Assembly: GCA_044376115.1 (NCBI GenBank)
Contig: JBILLK010000019.1
Span: 32,001 to 96,000 of the forward strand
Direction: 5' to 3'
Origin: Polyangiaceae bacterium
Lineage (GTDB): Bacteria > Myxococcota_A > Polyangia > Polyangiales > Polyangiaceae
Length of the DNA: 64,000 nt
The position numbers and the translations under genes were made by a program. The notes beneath the pieces are model-generated. The model ran no database searches. It worked only from the letters and a program-made list of their open reading frames with translations, and was not told where the DNA came from. This document shows positions 37,944-47,564 of this stretch, in pieces (position 1 is the stretch's first letter; every line of letters begins with the position of its first letter).

Positions 37944-39338
37944 ATGAGTTCTCGCTTTGGCGTCGTGTGCGCGATGCCCCTCGTGCTTCTTGCGCTGGCA
38001 GCTTGCGGTGATGACACCGAGACCGTTGAAAAGGAGTGTCCGGAGTCGTGCACCGACGGCAACGTTTGCACCATCGATCGTTGCGTCGACGGCGAGTGCG
38101 TAACGGAACCTGTGGCGGCTGGCGCTCCCTGCGGGGACACCAACGTCTGCAACGGCGTCGAGTCCTGCAGCGTGGACGGTGAGTGCGTAAGCACAGCGCC
38201 GATCTCGGTGGACGACAACGACCCGTGCACGAGCGACTTCTGCGATCCGGGCAGCGGCGAGGTCTCGCACGCGTTCGAAGCCACCTGCGTCCTGTGGGAG
38301 CCGATGAGCGAAGTCGGTGCGCCGATCGCACGCACGCGCCACACCGGAATTTGGGCGGGCGATCGCTTCATCGTGTGGGGCGGCTCGGTGGTGGGCGATC
38401 CCAACGTGGCAGGGGACGGCGCTGCCTACGATCCGGTCGCTGATACCTGGACGCCGATCTCCTCGGTCAACGCACCGAGCGCGCGCCACTCGCATATCGC
38501 GGTGTGGACGGGCAGCAAGATGATCGTTTGGGGCGGCTACTCAAACCAATTCGAGAACAGCGGTGCGCTCTACGATCCCGCCACGGATAGCTGGGCGCCG
38601 ATGAGCCTCAGCGGCGCGCCGGCCGGTCGCGTGCAGCCATCCTTCGTGTGGACCGGCGACCGACTCGTGATCCACGGCGGCTTGCAGAACATGAGCCCAT
38701 TCGGCGACGGCGCTGCTTACGATCCGACGACCGACAGCTGGACCGCGCTACCGGCGGGCGGCCCTTCGGCGCGACTCGCGCACTCTGTGGTGGAGGCCAG
38801 CGATGGCTCGCTGCTCTACTTCGGTGGGACCAACTTGTTCGACTGGTTGGGCGACGGCAGCATCCTCTCGCCGGGCGGAGCTTGGTCGGCGATGCCGAGC
38901 GCCGGCGCGCCCACGCTGCGTGAGAGCCATACAGCGCTTTGGACCGGCGACTTGATGATCGTCTGGGGCGGCTGGAACGGGGCTGACTTCAAAAACGACG
39001 GAGCCCTTTTCGATCCGGCGCGAGGCTGGATCACGCCCACGGCCTTGGTGGATGCGCCTGAGCCTCGCTCCGAAGGCGCAGCCTTGTGGACGGGCGTTTC
39101 GATGTTCGTGTGGGGCGGCTGTGGTGGCGACGCCTGCGTGAAGTATTTCAACGATGGCGCGCTCTACATCCCCGGCGAAGACGGCGGCAGTTGGGGCACG
39201 CTGCCCACGGCTGGAGCACCCAGCAAGCGACGTGAAGTCGCAGCCGCCCTGGCCGACAAGCGCGCCGTCCTCTGGGGTGGACGCGCTCCGAATGGCACCT
39301 TCCTCGGCAACGGCGCCAAAGCTCGCTTGTTCCCCTAA
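37944..39338 (+). CDS. Kelch-repeat lipoprotein with Cys-rich (C.D.N.CT.D.C) repeats
   Basis: Lipobox LAAC; repeated R..H..VWTG..MIVWGG...GA.YDP..D.W. Confidence 0.88.
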   Translation: MSSRFGVVCAMPLVLLALAACGDDTETVEKECPESCTDGNVCTIDRCVDGECVTEPVAAGAPCGDTNVCNGVESCSVDGECVSTAPISVDDNDPCTSDFCDPGSGEVSHAFEATCVLWEPMSEVGAPIARTRHTGIWAGDRFIVWGGSVVGDPNVAGDGAAYDPVADTWTPISSVNAPSARHSHIAVWTGSKMIVWGGYSNQFENSGALYDPATDSWAPMSLSGAPAGRVQPSFVWTGDRLVIHGGLQNMSPFGDGAAYDPTTDSWTALPAGGPSARLAHSVVEASDGSLLYFGGTNLFDWLGDGSILSPGGAWSAMPSAGAPTLRESHTALWTGDLMIVWGGWNGADFKNDGALFDPARGWITPTALVDAPEPRSEGAALWTGVSMFVWGGCGGDACVKYFNDGALYIPGEDGGSWGTLPTAGAPSKRREVAAALADKRAVLWGGRAPNGTFLGNGAKARLFP

Positions 39339-40786
39339 CGGGTCAATCGCACGTAGCGGATGGTCCCGCCGCTACCGTCGTTACCACCCTCACGCCACAC
39401 CACTGCCGCCTCATCATTGCTGCCGCCCAAGGCTGCGCGCGGCTCGTTTACGTCCTCGCTCGCGCTCGAAAGCACCTGCGCCGGACCCACTTCGCTGCCG
39501 ACGATGCGATGGGCAACGGCTTGAAAGACACCATCGATTTGCTCGCGATAGGTGATCAGGCCTGCACCCGAAGGGCCGTACACAACGAAGGTATCGAGTG
39601 CGAGGGCGCCGGGTGACGAGATCACCTCGCCTTCGCCGGGCGTGGTCACGAAGCTGCCATCGGCGTTCTCGAGCGAAAGCCGAATCTCACCGTCTTGCTC
39701 CCAGACCGCGGCCAGCGGCCCATCGGGGCTGATCGCTACCTGGCCGCAACACGCGGTGCCGGTGCGCGGCCCGAGCGAGTCTTGCAACGAGGCGGGCTTC
39801 GCCCAAACGCCGTCCGCGCTTCGGCGCGCGAGGTACACAGCGATGTGACCTTCGTTGTCTTCTTGCGTCCAAAACACAGCCGCGCGCCCGTCATCGTGAA
39901 TGGCGGCGGTGGGATTGAAGGTCGGCTGAATCGCCGATAGTGGAGCCTCATCGCTCGATAGGTGCTGCTCCGGCTGCGGCCTGGAGAGCGCGCCGTTGGC
40001 GCCGCTGCGCTCACTCACGAAAGCGAGCAGCGGCCCGGCCACCGACTGATACCAGGTCACCACCAGGCTGCCGTCCGAGGCCATCGCTGGGCGCGGTGCG
40101 TTGGAGAAGAAGATCGGCGGCGACAGCACGTCATCGACGCTGGTGAAGGCTTGGATCTTTGAGTCGACCTTGGCGAGGCTTGCGTGCGCCACGCCGTAGT
40201 TTGCGCCGGTCCATTGGTTCCAAGTGATGAAGGTCGTGCCCTTAGCTCCGATCACCACCCGCGGCTGGTAGGCGTCGATGCCTGGGCTCAGCGGCTCCGC
40301 AGCGTCGAGCAACGTCCCCGCTGCGGTTTGACGCATTGCAAAGATGGCACCGTCGGTGTCGGCCGCACCGAGAAAGCCGCCTTGGCGAAAGACCACCACC
40401 GACTCCCCCTCGGGGCCTGCCGCCAGATCCAACTCGCGCGCTTGCCCGAGCAACGCCGGCCCTTTGAACAACTCGAGCTGGCCGTCTCGATCGATCGCAT
40501 GGAGCACCTCCGCTTGATGCGCCCAGGCGAGGTGCACACGCCCAAGCCCGTCGACGGCGACCACGCCGCCATATGCCTTCTCGCTATCGGCGCCCAACGC
40601 AAGCGGCGCCGACCAAGCCCGCGCCACACATTCGCTGTCCTGCGCCTGCGACCACGCCGGACAACAAGAGCCGTCCGCGGTCAATCGCAGCGAAGGACAT
40701 TCCTCGCGCACCACCAGCGGTTCGAGGATGCAGCTCGATGACAGGCATGATCCGAGCAGCGCGAACGCGAGGCTACGGAACCGCAT
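39335..40786 (-). CDS. Lipoprotein with a probable beta-propeller
   Basis: Lipobox LSSSC; repeated P.vA....G...V.W.Q blades. Confidence 0.65.
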   Translation of the reverse strand: MRFRSLAFALLGSCLSSSCILEPLVVREECPSLRLTADGSCCPAWSQAQDSECVARAWSAPLALGADSEKAYGGVVAVDGLGRVHLAWAHQAEVLHAIDRDGQLELFKGPALLGQARELDLAAGPEGESVVVFRQGGFLGAADTDGAIFAMRQTAAGTLLDAAEPLSPGIDAYQPRVVIGAKGTTFITWNQWTGANYGVAHASLAKVDSKIQAFTSVDDVLSPPIFFSNAPRPAMASDGSLVVTWYQSVAGPLLAFVSERSGANGALSRPQPEQHLSSDEAPLSAIQPTFNPTAAIHDDGRAAVFWTQEDNEGHIAVYLARRSADGVWAKPASLQDSLGPRTGTACCGQVAISPDGPLAAVWEQDGEIRLSLENADGSFVTTPGEGEVISSPGALALDTFVVYGPSGAGLITYREQIDGVFQAVAHRIVGSEVGPAQVLSSASEDVNEPRAALGGSNDEAAVVWREGGNDGSGGTIRYVRLTR

Positions 40787-42260
40787 AGCGCCGCTGCCTC
40801 GTCAGCGAGACCAGGAACACACGCAACGGACCTTGGCCGGCCTCCCCGAGCGCGACGTATTGATCGCGCGCCGCGCTGGCTTCTCCCTCGTGCGCGACGA
40901 TGGCGTCGTGCAGCGTGGGCGCTCGACCGTCGTGAAGATAGGGCCGCGTACGTGCGATCTCCCAAAGTGGCGGCGTCAGAAAAAGCGCGCCGTCCACTCC
41001 GCGATCCGCACGGGGCTCGGCCAACTTGCTGCCGAGGTCATGGCGCTTGAGATCGGAGAAGAGCTGAACCCGCAGCTTGCCGCTCTCGCTGCGTTCAGGC
41101 TTCGGCTGAGCCCCTTCGAGCGCGAGATCGAAGCTGAGCTCGGCCATGCCGCTGCGCGAACTCAAGCTGTAGCGGCTGCTCGTTAGCTCGAGCGCAGGTA
41201 CGTGACAGCTGGCGCAGCCGATCTGCTCGAACAGCTGCCGCCCTTCGGCCCACAGACTGACCGGCGCCAAGCTCGTCTGCGGCAGCTCCACGATGGGTAC
41301 CTCGGACAGCGCCAAGTAGCTCGTCAGCACGTCCAATTGCCCTTCGCTGATCTCCTCGACGACGCCGTCGCCATCGGGATCCTCACCGCCGTTCGGGCCA
41401 ATCAACGCAGGTACCTCGGCGAGCTCCTGCACCAGGTTGCTTGATTGCAATCCCATGTGCAACCGCAGCTCATCCTCCACGGCGTCGCGAATCGTGCGAT
41501 GAACGCCCTTCCAACCGAACGGGCGCACCTCCAACGTCGCGTCCACGCCAGCGACCTTGCTGGTGTCGAGAGTGCCGTCGGCTCGGCAGCCCAGCTGCCC
41601 GAAGGAAACGCCCTTCGCCGAGAGTGGCAACGTGATCGTGCTCGCGCTCGCTTTCGCTTGCAGGCGGCAGCTCTCGCGCAGCCCCGAAAGCTCCGCGGTC
41701 ATCTCCTTGGCCAAGAGCTCGATGAAACCAGCGCCGGTGAGCGCGCGTGCGTTGCGCGATAGCCCCGTAGCCGGCCGTTCACCATCGCCGCCCCAAAACG
41801 AATTGCCCGACGCATCCCCTGCACCGGCCGCGCCTCCTCGCAGATGACACGAGGCACACGAGGTGGTCTCCGCTCCGCCGCGAAGCCCGCGTTGAAAGCG
41901 GGTGGGGAAGGGGACATCGGCGCCACCGAGCCCCTCGGCTTCAGTGAACGCATGGTGAAAGATCTGAGCGCCGAATTGAAATAGCGCCTCGGCGTCGTAG
42001 CTGCCCGCGCGCACCTCGGCCTCACTGGGCGAACTTTGGCGAAGCATGAAGCCTGGTTCGGCCGCTTCGAGAAAACGGGCCTCGCGCTTGCGTGCGTCGC
42101 GCAGCAGCGCCTCGCGGGCTTCATCGAGCGGGGCCTCGGGTCGCAGCGGCGCGTAAATCCCGAGCGGATTGAGCTCTGGCGCAGTAGCGACGGGCTCCAC
42201 GCTTTCTTCTGCGCAGGCCAGCGCAAGCGCCGACGTCCCGAGCCAGTACCAGCGGTTCAT
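40773..42260 (-). CDS. Di-heme oxidoreductase (DHOR-type) lipoprotein, copy 2
   Basis: Two CASCH motifs; PFGWKG, LFSDLKRHDLG and LTPPLW...PYLHDGRA.TL..AI..H.GEA. Confidence 0.85.
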   Translation of the reverse strand: MNRWYWLGTSALALACAEESVEPVATAPELNPLGIYAPLRPEAPLDEAREALLRDARKREARFLEAAEPGFMLRQSSPSEAEVRAGSYDAEALFQFGAQIFHHAFTEAEGLGGADVPFPTRFQRGLRGGAETTSCASCHLRGGAAGAGDASGNSFWGGDGERPATGLSRNARALTGAGFIELLAKEMTAELSGLRESCRLQAKASASTITLPLSAKGVSFGQLGCRADGTLDTSKVAGVDATLEVRPFGWKGVHRTIRDAVEDELRLHMGLQSSNLVQELAEVPALIGPNGGEDPDGDGVVEEISEGQLDVLTSYLALSEVPIVELPQTSLAPVSLWAEGRQLFEQIGCASCHVPALELTSSRYSLSSRSGMAELSFDLALEGAQPKPERSESGKLRVQLFSDLKRHDLGSKLAEPRADRGVDGALFLTPPLWEIARTRPYLHDGRAPTLHDAIVAHEGEASAARDQYVALGEAGQGPLRVFLVSLTRQRRYAVP

Positions 42261-43708
42261 CGCGGTACCCTCAGCTTGGGCGTGCGTGACAGCGAGGTCA
42301 GAAACACGGCCAGATCACCCTGCGACGTGGCATCGAGTGCTTGATACGCGCTGCGCGAATCAGCCGCCTCCCCACCGTGAAATGCGATCGCCTGGGCGAA
42401 GGTGGTTGCGCGACCGTCGTGCAAGAAGGGGCCTGTTTCAGCCAGCCCCCACAGCGGCCGGGTCAAAAATTCAGAGCGCGGGATGCCCTGCTCGTTCTCA
42501 TGCGGATCGGCCAGCTCTTCCCCAAGATCGTGCCGCTTGAGATCGCTGAACAGCTCGACCAACGAGTTGCCGCGCGGCAGGTCTCCGTCCGAAAGCAGGT
42601 TGAAGCGCACCGGCAGCGCCGCTGGATCATCGGGCAGCTCATCGTAAAGGGCGTAGTCCAAACGAAGCGTGCGCTGATGACAGGAGGCGCAGCCGATCTC
42701 GTCGAAGACGCTGCTGCCGCGTGCCCAGCGCTCGAGCAGCACGTTGCTGCTGGGCGGGATGATCGTCGGGACCTCGACCAACGCCAGGTAGACGGCTCCC
42801 GCCGTCAGCGTGCCCTCCTCGAGCTCACGTTGCACGCCGTCCTCATCGGGGTCGAACCAAGGACCCGTCCCGAGCTGCTCCGGATCCGGCTGCTCCTTGG
42901 CCGCGAGCGCGAGGCTGTGGGACTGAACGCCGAAGTGGATGCGCGAGGCGTCTTCGATGAAGCGCCGCAGCCGCGCGACGTCTCCCTTCCAACCGAAGGG
43001 CCGCACGACCAAATCCTCGCTGACGCCCTCCACCGCTTTGGCGTCCACGCTGCCGTCCGGAAGGGCGACCAGCGAGCCGAAGAACACGCCCTTGCTTTCG
43101 AGCTCTACGAGCACCGGCCTACCGGAGTCTGCTGCGGCGCCCAGCGCTTCGCTGCGTTGGAACTGGAGCTTGCGCGTCATCTCCTCGCCGAGGGCCTGCA
43201 CCAGGCCGAGTCCGAGCGCGTGCGGCGGGTTGCGCACGTTGGCCGACGACTGCGTCACGCCGTCCCCGTTGATGAAGGCGTTCTCGACCGCGGAGCCCGC
43301 ACCATCCGGCCCTCCTTGCGAGTGGCAGCCGGCGCACGAGTACGTATCGAGCCCGCCGCGCGTCTTCGTGTGAACCCGTAACAGCGGCGCATCGGCGCGC
43401 GCGCCGAAGCCGTCCTCGTTGCGAAACTCGTGCTCGAACAGCGCGTCCCCAGCGCGAAAGAGCCGGTCTAAATCGTATTGACCGCTGTCGATGTCGTCCT
43501 GGAACACCGAGATATGTTCGCGATCTTCGCCACGCTCGAACGCTTCGAGGTACTCCTCTTGGCGCTCGAGCTGGTAGAGGTCGTCTGCGGCCGTGCTCAA
43601 CTCAGTCAGCTGCGCGAGCGACGGCGGCGAGCCGCTCGGCCACGGCTCGCCAGCGAGAGCCGTGACCGCAAACGTTAGGCTTGCGGCGACGACCGACGTT
43701 CGCCGCAC
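42257..43708 (-). CDS. Di-heme oxidoreductase (DHOR-type), copy 1
   Basis: CAGCH and CASCH; RNPPHALGLG, PFGWKG, LFSDLKRHDLG and LTRPLWG...FLHDGRA; GTG start just after the upstream stop. Confidence 0.85.
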   Translation of the reverse strand: MRRTSVVAASLTFAVTALAGEPWPSGSPPSLAQLTELSTAADDLYQLERQEEYLEAFERGEDREHISVFQDDIDSGQYDLDRLFRAGDALFEHEFRNEDGFGARADAPLLRVHTKTRGGLDTYSCAGCHSQGGPDGAGSAVENAFINGDGVTQSSANVRNPPHALGLGLVQALGEEMTRKLQFQRSEALGAAADSGRPVLVELESKGVFFGSLVALPDGSVDAKAVEGVSEDLVVRPFGWKGDVARLRRFIEDASRIHFGVQSHSLALAAKEQPDPEQLGTGPWFDPDEDGVQRELEEGTLTAGAVYLALVEVPTIIPPSSNVLLERWARGSSVFDEIGCASCHQRTLRLDYALYDELPDDPAALPVRFNLLSDGDLPRGNSLVELFSDLKRHDLGEELADPHENEQGIPRSEFLTRPLWGLAETGPFLHDGRATTFAQAIAFHGGEAADSRSAYQALDATSQGDLAVFLTSLSRTPKLRVPR

Positions 43709-43713
43709 GCCGC

Positions 43714-44682
43714 TCAGGGGGCCGGCGGTTCTACGCACAGGTTGCAGCACGGAATCGCGCGAATGGTTCCGCCGCATTGAAGGTCAGCGGGCAGCGTGTG
43801 GGTGGTGTCGATGCCGTCGAAGAAGGTGTCGTTATCGAGGAAGAAGGTCAGGTCGCTGGTGGCGGTGATGTCGGCGTATTCACCGTCGGAGATGTGATTC
43901 GTCGGGTACGTCCAGTCGTTGCAGCGGCCGCCCGCGCCCGGCATGCTCATCGAGCCGTTGACCATCTCCGGTGTGTCGCGGTGAACCCAGAGCGTGGTGC
44001 CGACGGCGAGGCCGTTGAGCACCGGCTCGAGGTTGTCGGCTTTGGCCTCGGCGACGAGCAGCTCCGCGTAGCTGCAGACGTGCGTGCCGAGCGACGCCTC
44101 GGCGCACATGGCGTTACCAGCGTCCAACCCGACGAGCCCTTCGAAGGCCCAAACCGAGGTCTGCGCGGGCACCGTGGCTGCGAGAATTACGGTCTCGTCG
44201 GTGTTGCAGGGCGCGCCGCCCATGCCGCCTTCACCGCCGCCGCCGCCGCCCGCGCCGCCGCCACCCTCGGTGGTCACACTGCAGTCGTCGGGGCAAATGT
44301 CGAACTCGTTGCCCTTCGCGCCAGCGTCGTCACAGCCTTCATTGCCGGTGACGAGCCCGTCGCCACACTTGAGCTCGAAGAAGCAGGCTTGGGTACACCC
44401 GTTGGTGTTGTCCATGTCCCCGTCGTCGCACTCTTCCCCGACCTCTTTGACGCCGTCGTTGTCGCAGTTGGCGAGCTCGGCCGTACACTCACACTGACCG
44501 AAGGACTGGCCGTCGCTGGCGCAGGTTTGAGCGCCATCGGTGCCGTTGGTGCAGACGCACGCTTGCGTCGCTCCAGGCGTGCAGCCCTCGGTGGTGTCAC
44601 CGGTTCCTCCGGAATCTCCGCAGGCAGCGATGGCGATCAGAGCAAGAATTGAAAGTCCAAGTTGACGGGGGCTCATGCGCAT
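43714..44682 (-). CDS. Cys-rich lipoprotein with Myxococcus Cys-rich (DUF4215-like) repeats and a C-type-lectin-like (DUF1554-like) C-terminal domain
   Basis: Lipobox IAAC; GEECDDG.....NGC and CGDG....NEGCDD repeats; C.DWT...C....AIPCC. Confidence 0.7.
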   Translation of the reverse strand: MRMSPRQLGLSILALIAIAACGDSGGTGDTTEGCTPGATQACVCTNGTDGAQTCASDGQSFGQCECTAELANCDNDGVKEVGEECDDGDMDNTNGCTQACFFELKCGDGLVTGNEGCDDAGAKGNEFDICPDDCSVTTEGGGGAGGGGGGEGGMGGAPCNTDETVILAATVPAQTSVWAFEGLVGLDAGNAMCAEASLGTHVCSYAELLVAEAKADNLEPVLNGLAVGTTLWVHRDTPEMVNGSMSMPGAGGRCNDWTYPTNHISDGEYADITATSDLTFFLDNDTFFDGIDTTHTLPADLQCGGTIRAIPCCNLCVEPPAP

Positions 44683-44922
44683 TTGTGGCGGGCTCCTTGA
44701 GGTCGGCTATCGACAGGGCATTAGAGCAGTGTCTGGTGCCGTTTCGTCAAGCTTGCAAACCCAGGGCCGTCTACTTTTATCGTACATTTCCGCTCGGAGT
44801 GGCTTGCTGGTGGGCGCCGCCTGGATGGTCGAGTGATCCACCTCGTGGTGTCAGCTGTTCCTCAGCTGCTGCTCCGTTCGAGGCATCGCCCTTTTCCGGC
44901 GCCCTGGTTAGACTCCCGCGCC

Positions 44923-46869
44923 ATGTTGCCCCGCTCCCTTTTTCGCCTTCGTTTCTCGGTCTCCGCGCTCGCGCTGATCAGTGCCTGCAGCGGCTACCAA
45001 CCCGACACCGCTTCGCCGCCACCGCCTGTCGGTGTTCAAACGCAGGCGCCGGTCGTTACGGACACTGCGCCAGCCAGCGCCGAAGAGGCTACCAAGTTCA
45101 TCGCCGAGGTGAACGAGGGACTGCGCAAGTCCTACGTGGAGAAGGCGCGCGCGGAGTGGATCCAAGAGACGAACATCACGCCCGACACCGACGCGCTGGC
45201 CGAGCAGGCCCGCGACGCAACGATGGCGTACGTGACCGCCAAGATCAAAGAGTCGGTGCGCTTCCGCGACGTGCCCGGCCTCTCCAAAGACGTCGCTCGC
45301 CAGCTCGAGTTGTTGCGCCGAGGCACCGACCTTCCTGCGCCGAACGACGACAAAGAGCGTCGTGAGCTGGCTTCGCTCGCGACCTCGATGGGCAGCACGT
45401 ACGGCACCGGCAAGTACTGCTCGAAGAGCTTGGCCAAGTTCGCCAAGAAGAAGCCAGACGCCCCCAAAGCAGCGGCCGCTGCACCCGCGCAGGAGGTGTG
45501 CCTCACGCTCGGGGAACTCTCACACGTGCTCGAAGACCCCAAGAGCAGCTACGAGGAAAAGCTCGAGGCGTGGAAGGGATGGCGCACGATCTCGGTGCCG
45601 ATGCGCCCGCAGTATCAGCGCTTCGTGGAGCTCGGCAACAAGGGCGCCAAGGACATCGGCTTCAGCGATCTCGGTGAGCTCTGGCGAGCACGTTACGACA
45701 TGACTCCGGCCGAGCTCGAGACCGACGTCGAGCGGCTCTGGCAGCAGGTCAAGCCGCTCTACAACGACCTTCACTGTTACGTGCGCGGCGAGCTTCAGAA
45801 GAAGTACGGCAACGACAAGATCCCCGACAAGGGCACGATCCCCGCACATTTGCTGGGCAACATGTGGTCGCAGACCTGGGGCAACATCTACTCCGAGGTG
45901 GCGCCGCACAAGGGCGAGCCTTCACTCGACGTCACCAAGGGCTTGCTGAAGAAGAAGATGAAGCCGCTCGACATGATGAAGACCGGCGAGAGCTTCTTCA
46001 CCTCGCTGGGCATGAAGAGTCTGCCCAAGACCTTCTGGGAGCGCTCGATGATCGAGCAGCCGCCGGGACGAGAAGTGGTGTGCCACGCGAGCGCTTGGGA
46101 CCTCACCTTCGCTGGCGACGTGCGCGTCAAGATGTGCACCGAGGTGAACGAGGAGGACCTGATCACGATCCATCACGAACTCGGTCACAACTACTATTTC
46201 CTCTACTACAACGATCAGCCGATCCTGTTTCAAGAAGGCGCCAATGACGGCTTTCACGAGGGCATCGGGGACACGCTCGCGCTCAGCGTGACGCCCGAAT
46301 ATCTGGTCAAGATCGGCCTGCTCGATCGCGCGCCCGGCAACGACAAAGCCGAGCTCAACGTGCTGATGCGTCGCGCCCTCGACAAGGTCGCCTTCTTGCC
46401 GTTCGGCCTGCTGATCGACAAGTGGCGTTGGGATGTCTTCAGCGGCAAGACCAAGCCAGCGCAATACAACCAAGCTTGGTGGGACTTGGTGCAGAAGTAC
46501 CAAGGGGTCTCGGCGCCGGTGGCGCGCAGCGAGTCCGACTTCGACCCGGGCGCCAAGTTCCACGTGCCGGCCAACGTGCCGTACCTTCGCTACTTCCTGG
46601 CCGACATCTACCAGTTCCAATTCCATCGCGCGTTGTGCAAGGCCACCGGGCATACCGGTCCGCTCCACAAGTGCTCGATCCACGGCAACAAGGCCGCGGG
46701 TGAGAAGCTCACGGCGATGCTCGCGCTCGGCGCTTCAAAGCCGTGGCCCGAGGCGATGAAGGCGATCTCCGGTGAATCCAGCGCCGATGCCAGCGCCATC
46801 CTCGAGTACTTCGCGCCGCTCTCGGCCTACTTGAAGGAGCAAAACAAAGGGCGTCAGTGCGGGTGGTAG
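44923..46869 (+). CDS. M2-family metallopeptidase (ACE/peptidyl-dipeptidase A-like) lipoprotein
   Basis: IPAHLLGNMW, VCHASAWD, HHELGH, GANDGFHEGIGD, FDPGAKFHVP and YLRYF motifs; lipobox ISAC. Confidence 0.93.
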   Translation: MLPRSLFRLRFSVSALALISACSGYQPDTASPPPPVGVQTQAPVVTDTAPASAEEATKFIAEVNEGLRKSYVEKARAEWIQETNITPDTDALAEQARDATMAYVTAKIKESVRFRDVPGLSKDVARQLELLRRGTDLPAPNDDKERRELASLATSMGSTYGTGKYCSKSLAKFAKKKPDAPKAAAAAPAQEVCLTLGELSHVLEDPKSSYEEKLEAWKGWRTISVPMRPQYQRFVELGNKGAKDIGFSDLGELWRARYDMTPAELETDVERLWQQVKPLYNDLHCYVRGELQKKYGNDKIPDKGTIPAHLLGNMWSQTWGNIYSEVAPHKGEPSLDVTKGLLKKKMKPLDMMKTGESFFTSLGMKSLPKTFWERSMIEQPPGREVVCHASAWDLTFAGDVRVKMCTEVNEEDLITIHHELGHNYYFLYYNDQPILFQEGANDGFHEGIGDTLALSVTPEYLVKIGLLDRAPGNDKAELNVLMRRALDKVAFLPFGLLIDKWRWDVFSGKTKPAQYNQAWWDLVQKYQGVSAPVARSESDFDPGAKFHVPANVPYLRYFLADIYQFQFHRALCKATGHTGPLHKCSIHGNKAAGEKLTAMLALGASKPWPEAMKAISGESSADASAILEYFAPLSAYLKEQNKGRQCGW

Positions 46870-47564
46870 TTTGAGCGCTCCTGCTCCCATTCGCGGAGCA
46901 GGACCACGACGGCTTGGTCGGCCTCGCCAAAAAGGCTGGCCAAGCTTTGCTCGAGGAGGTGCCGCTCCGCTGGCGCCGCGCGCTCGAAGCCGAACGCCGA
47001 GCGCAGCCCTTCGAGTCGATCGGCCAGGCCGTGCGCGGAGCCGTAACCGCTGGGCAACACGAAGCTACGTACAGCCTCGAGCAGCCGTTCGAGGCGGCGT
47101 ACGATCAGCGCGTGGTCGAACGACGACGGACCTTGCTCGAGATGCAGCGCGGTCAGCAGCTCTGCGGCGAGCCCCTCGCGACCACCGACCGAGCGGGCGA
47201 GCTCGCTGCTTACCGCCGCTTCACCGAGGTGGCGCACGAGCGCGCCGTCCAGGCACATCTCCCAGGTGACGTGGCCGAACAAGGCCGCGCGCGGTAGCGA
47301 GGTCGCCTGCAATTGGCGTTTGGCCGAGGCTTCTCCGTCGAGGAACGCGGCGGTCTTGTGGAACCAACGGTCCACCGCGAGGTGGTGGGCCATACCTTGC
47401 TGGGCCAGCGCGCGTTCGCTCTCGCCGCTCAAGTCCAGGCGAGCGCGCTGTGTACGTGCCGGCCGATGCACCATGCGGAAGAGATCCGGCAACATCGAGC
47501 CGAAGGCTGCGCACGGATGCTGGGAGTCGACGAGCGCAAGATGGTGATGAAAGACGAAGTTCAC
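46854..47564 (-). CDS. AcpH/DUF479-like (ACP phosphodiesterase-like) protein
   Basis: MNFVFH...FGSMLPDL...GMAHHLAVDRWFH...GHVTWEMCLDG; GTGA overlap with the upstream gene. Confidence 0.6.
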   Translation of the reverse strand: MNFVFHHHLALVDSQHPCAAFGSMLPDLFRMVHRPARTQRARLDLSGESERALAQQGMAHHLAVDRWFHKTAAFLDGEASAKRQLQATSLPRAALFGHVTWEMCLDGALVRHLGEAAVSSELARSVGGREGLAAELLTALHLEQGPSSFDHALIVRRLERLLEAVRSFVLPSGYGSAHGLADRLEGLRSAFGFERAAPAERHLLEQSLASLFGEADQAVVVLLREWEQERSNYHPH

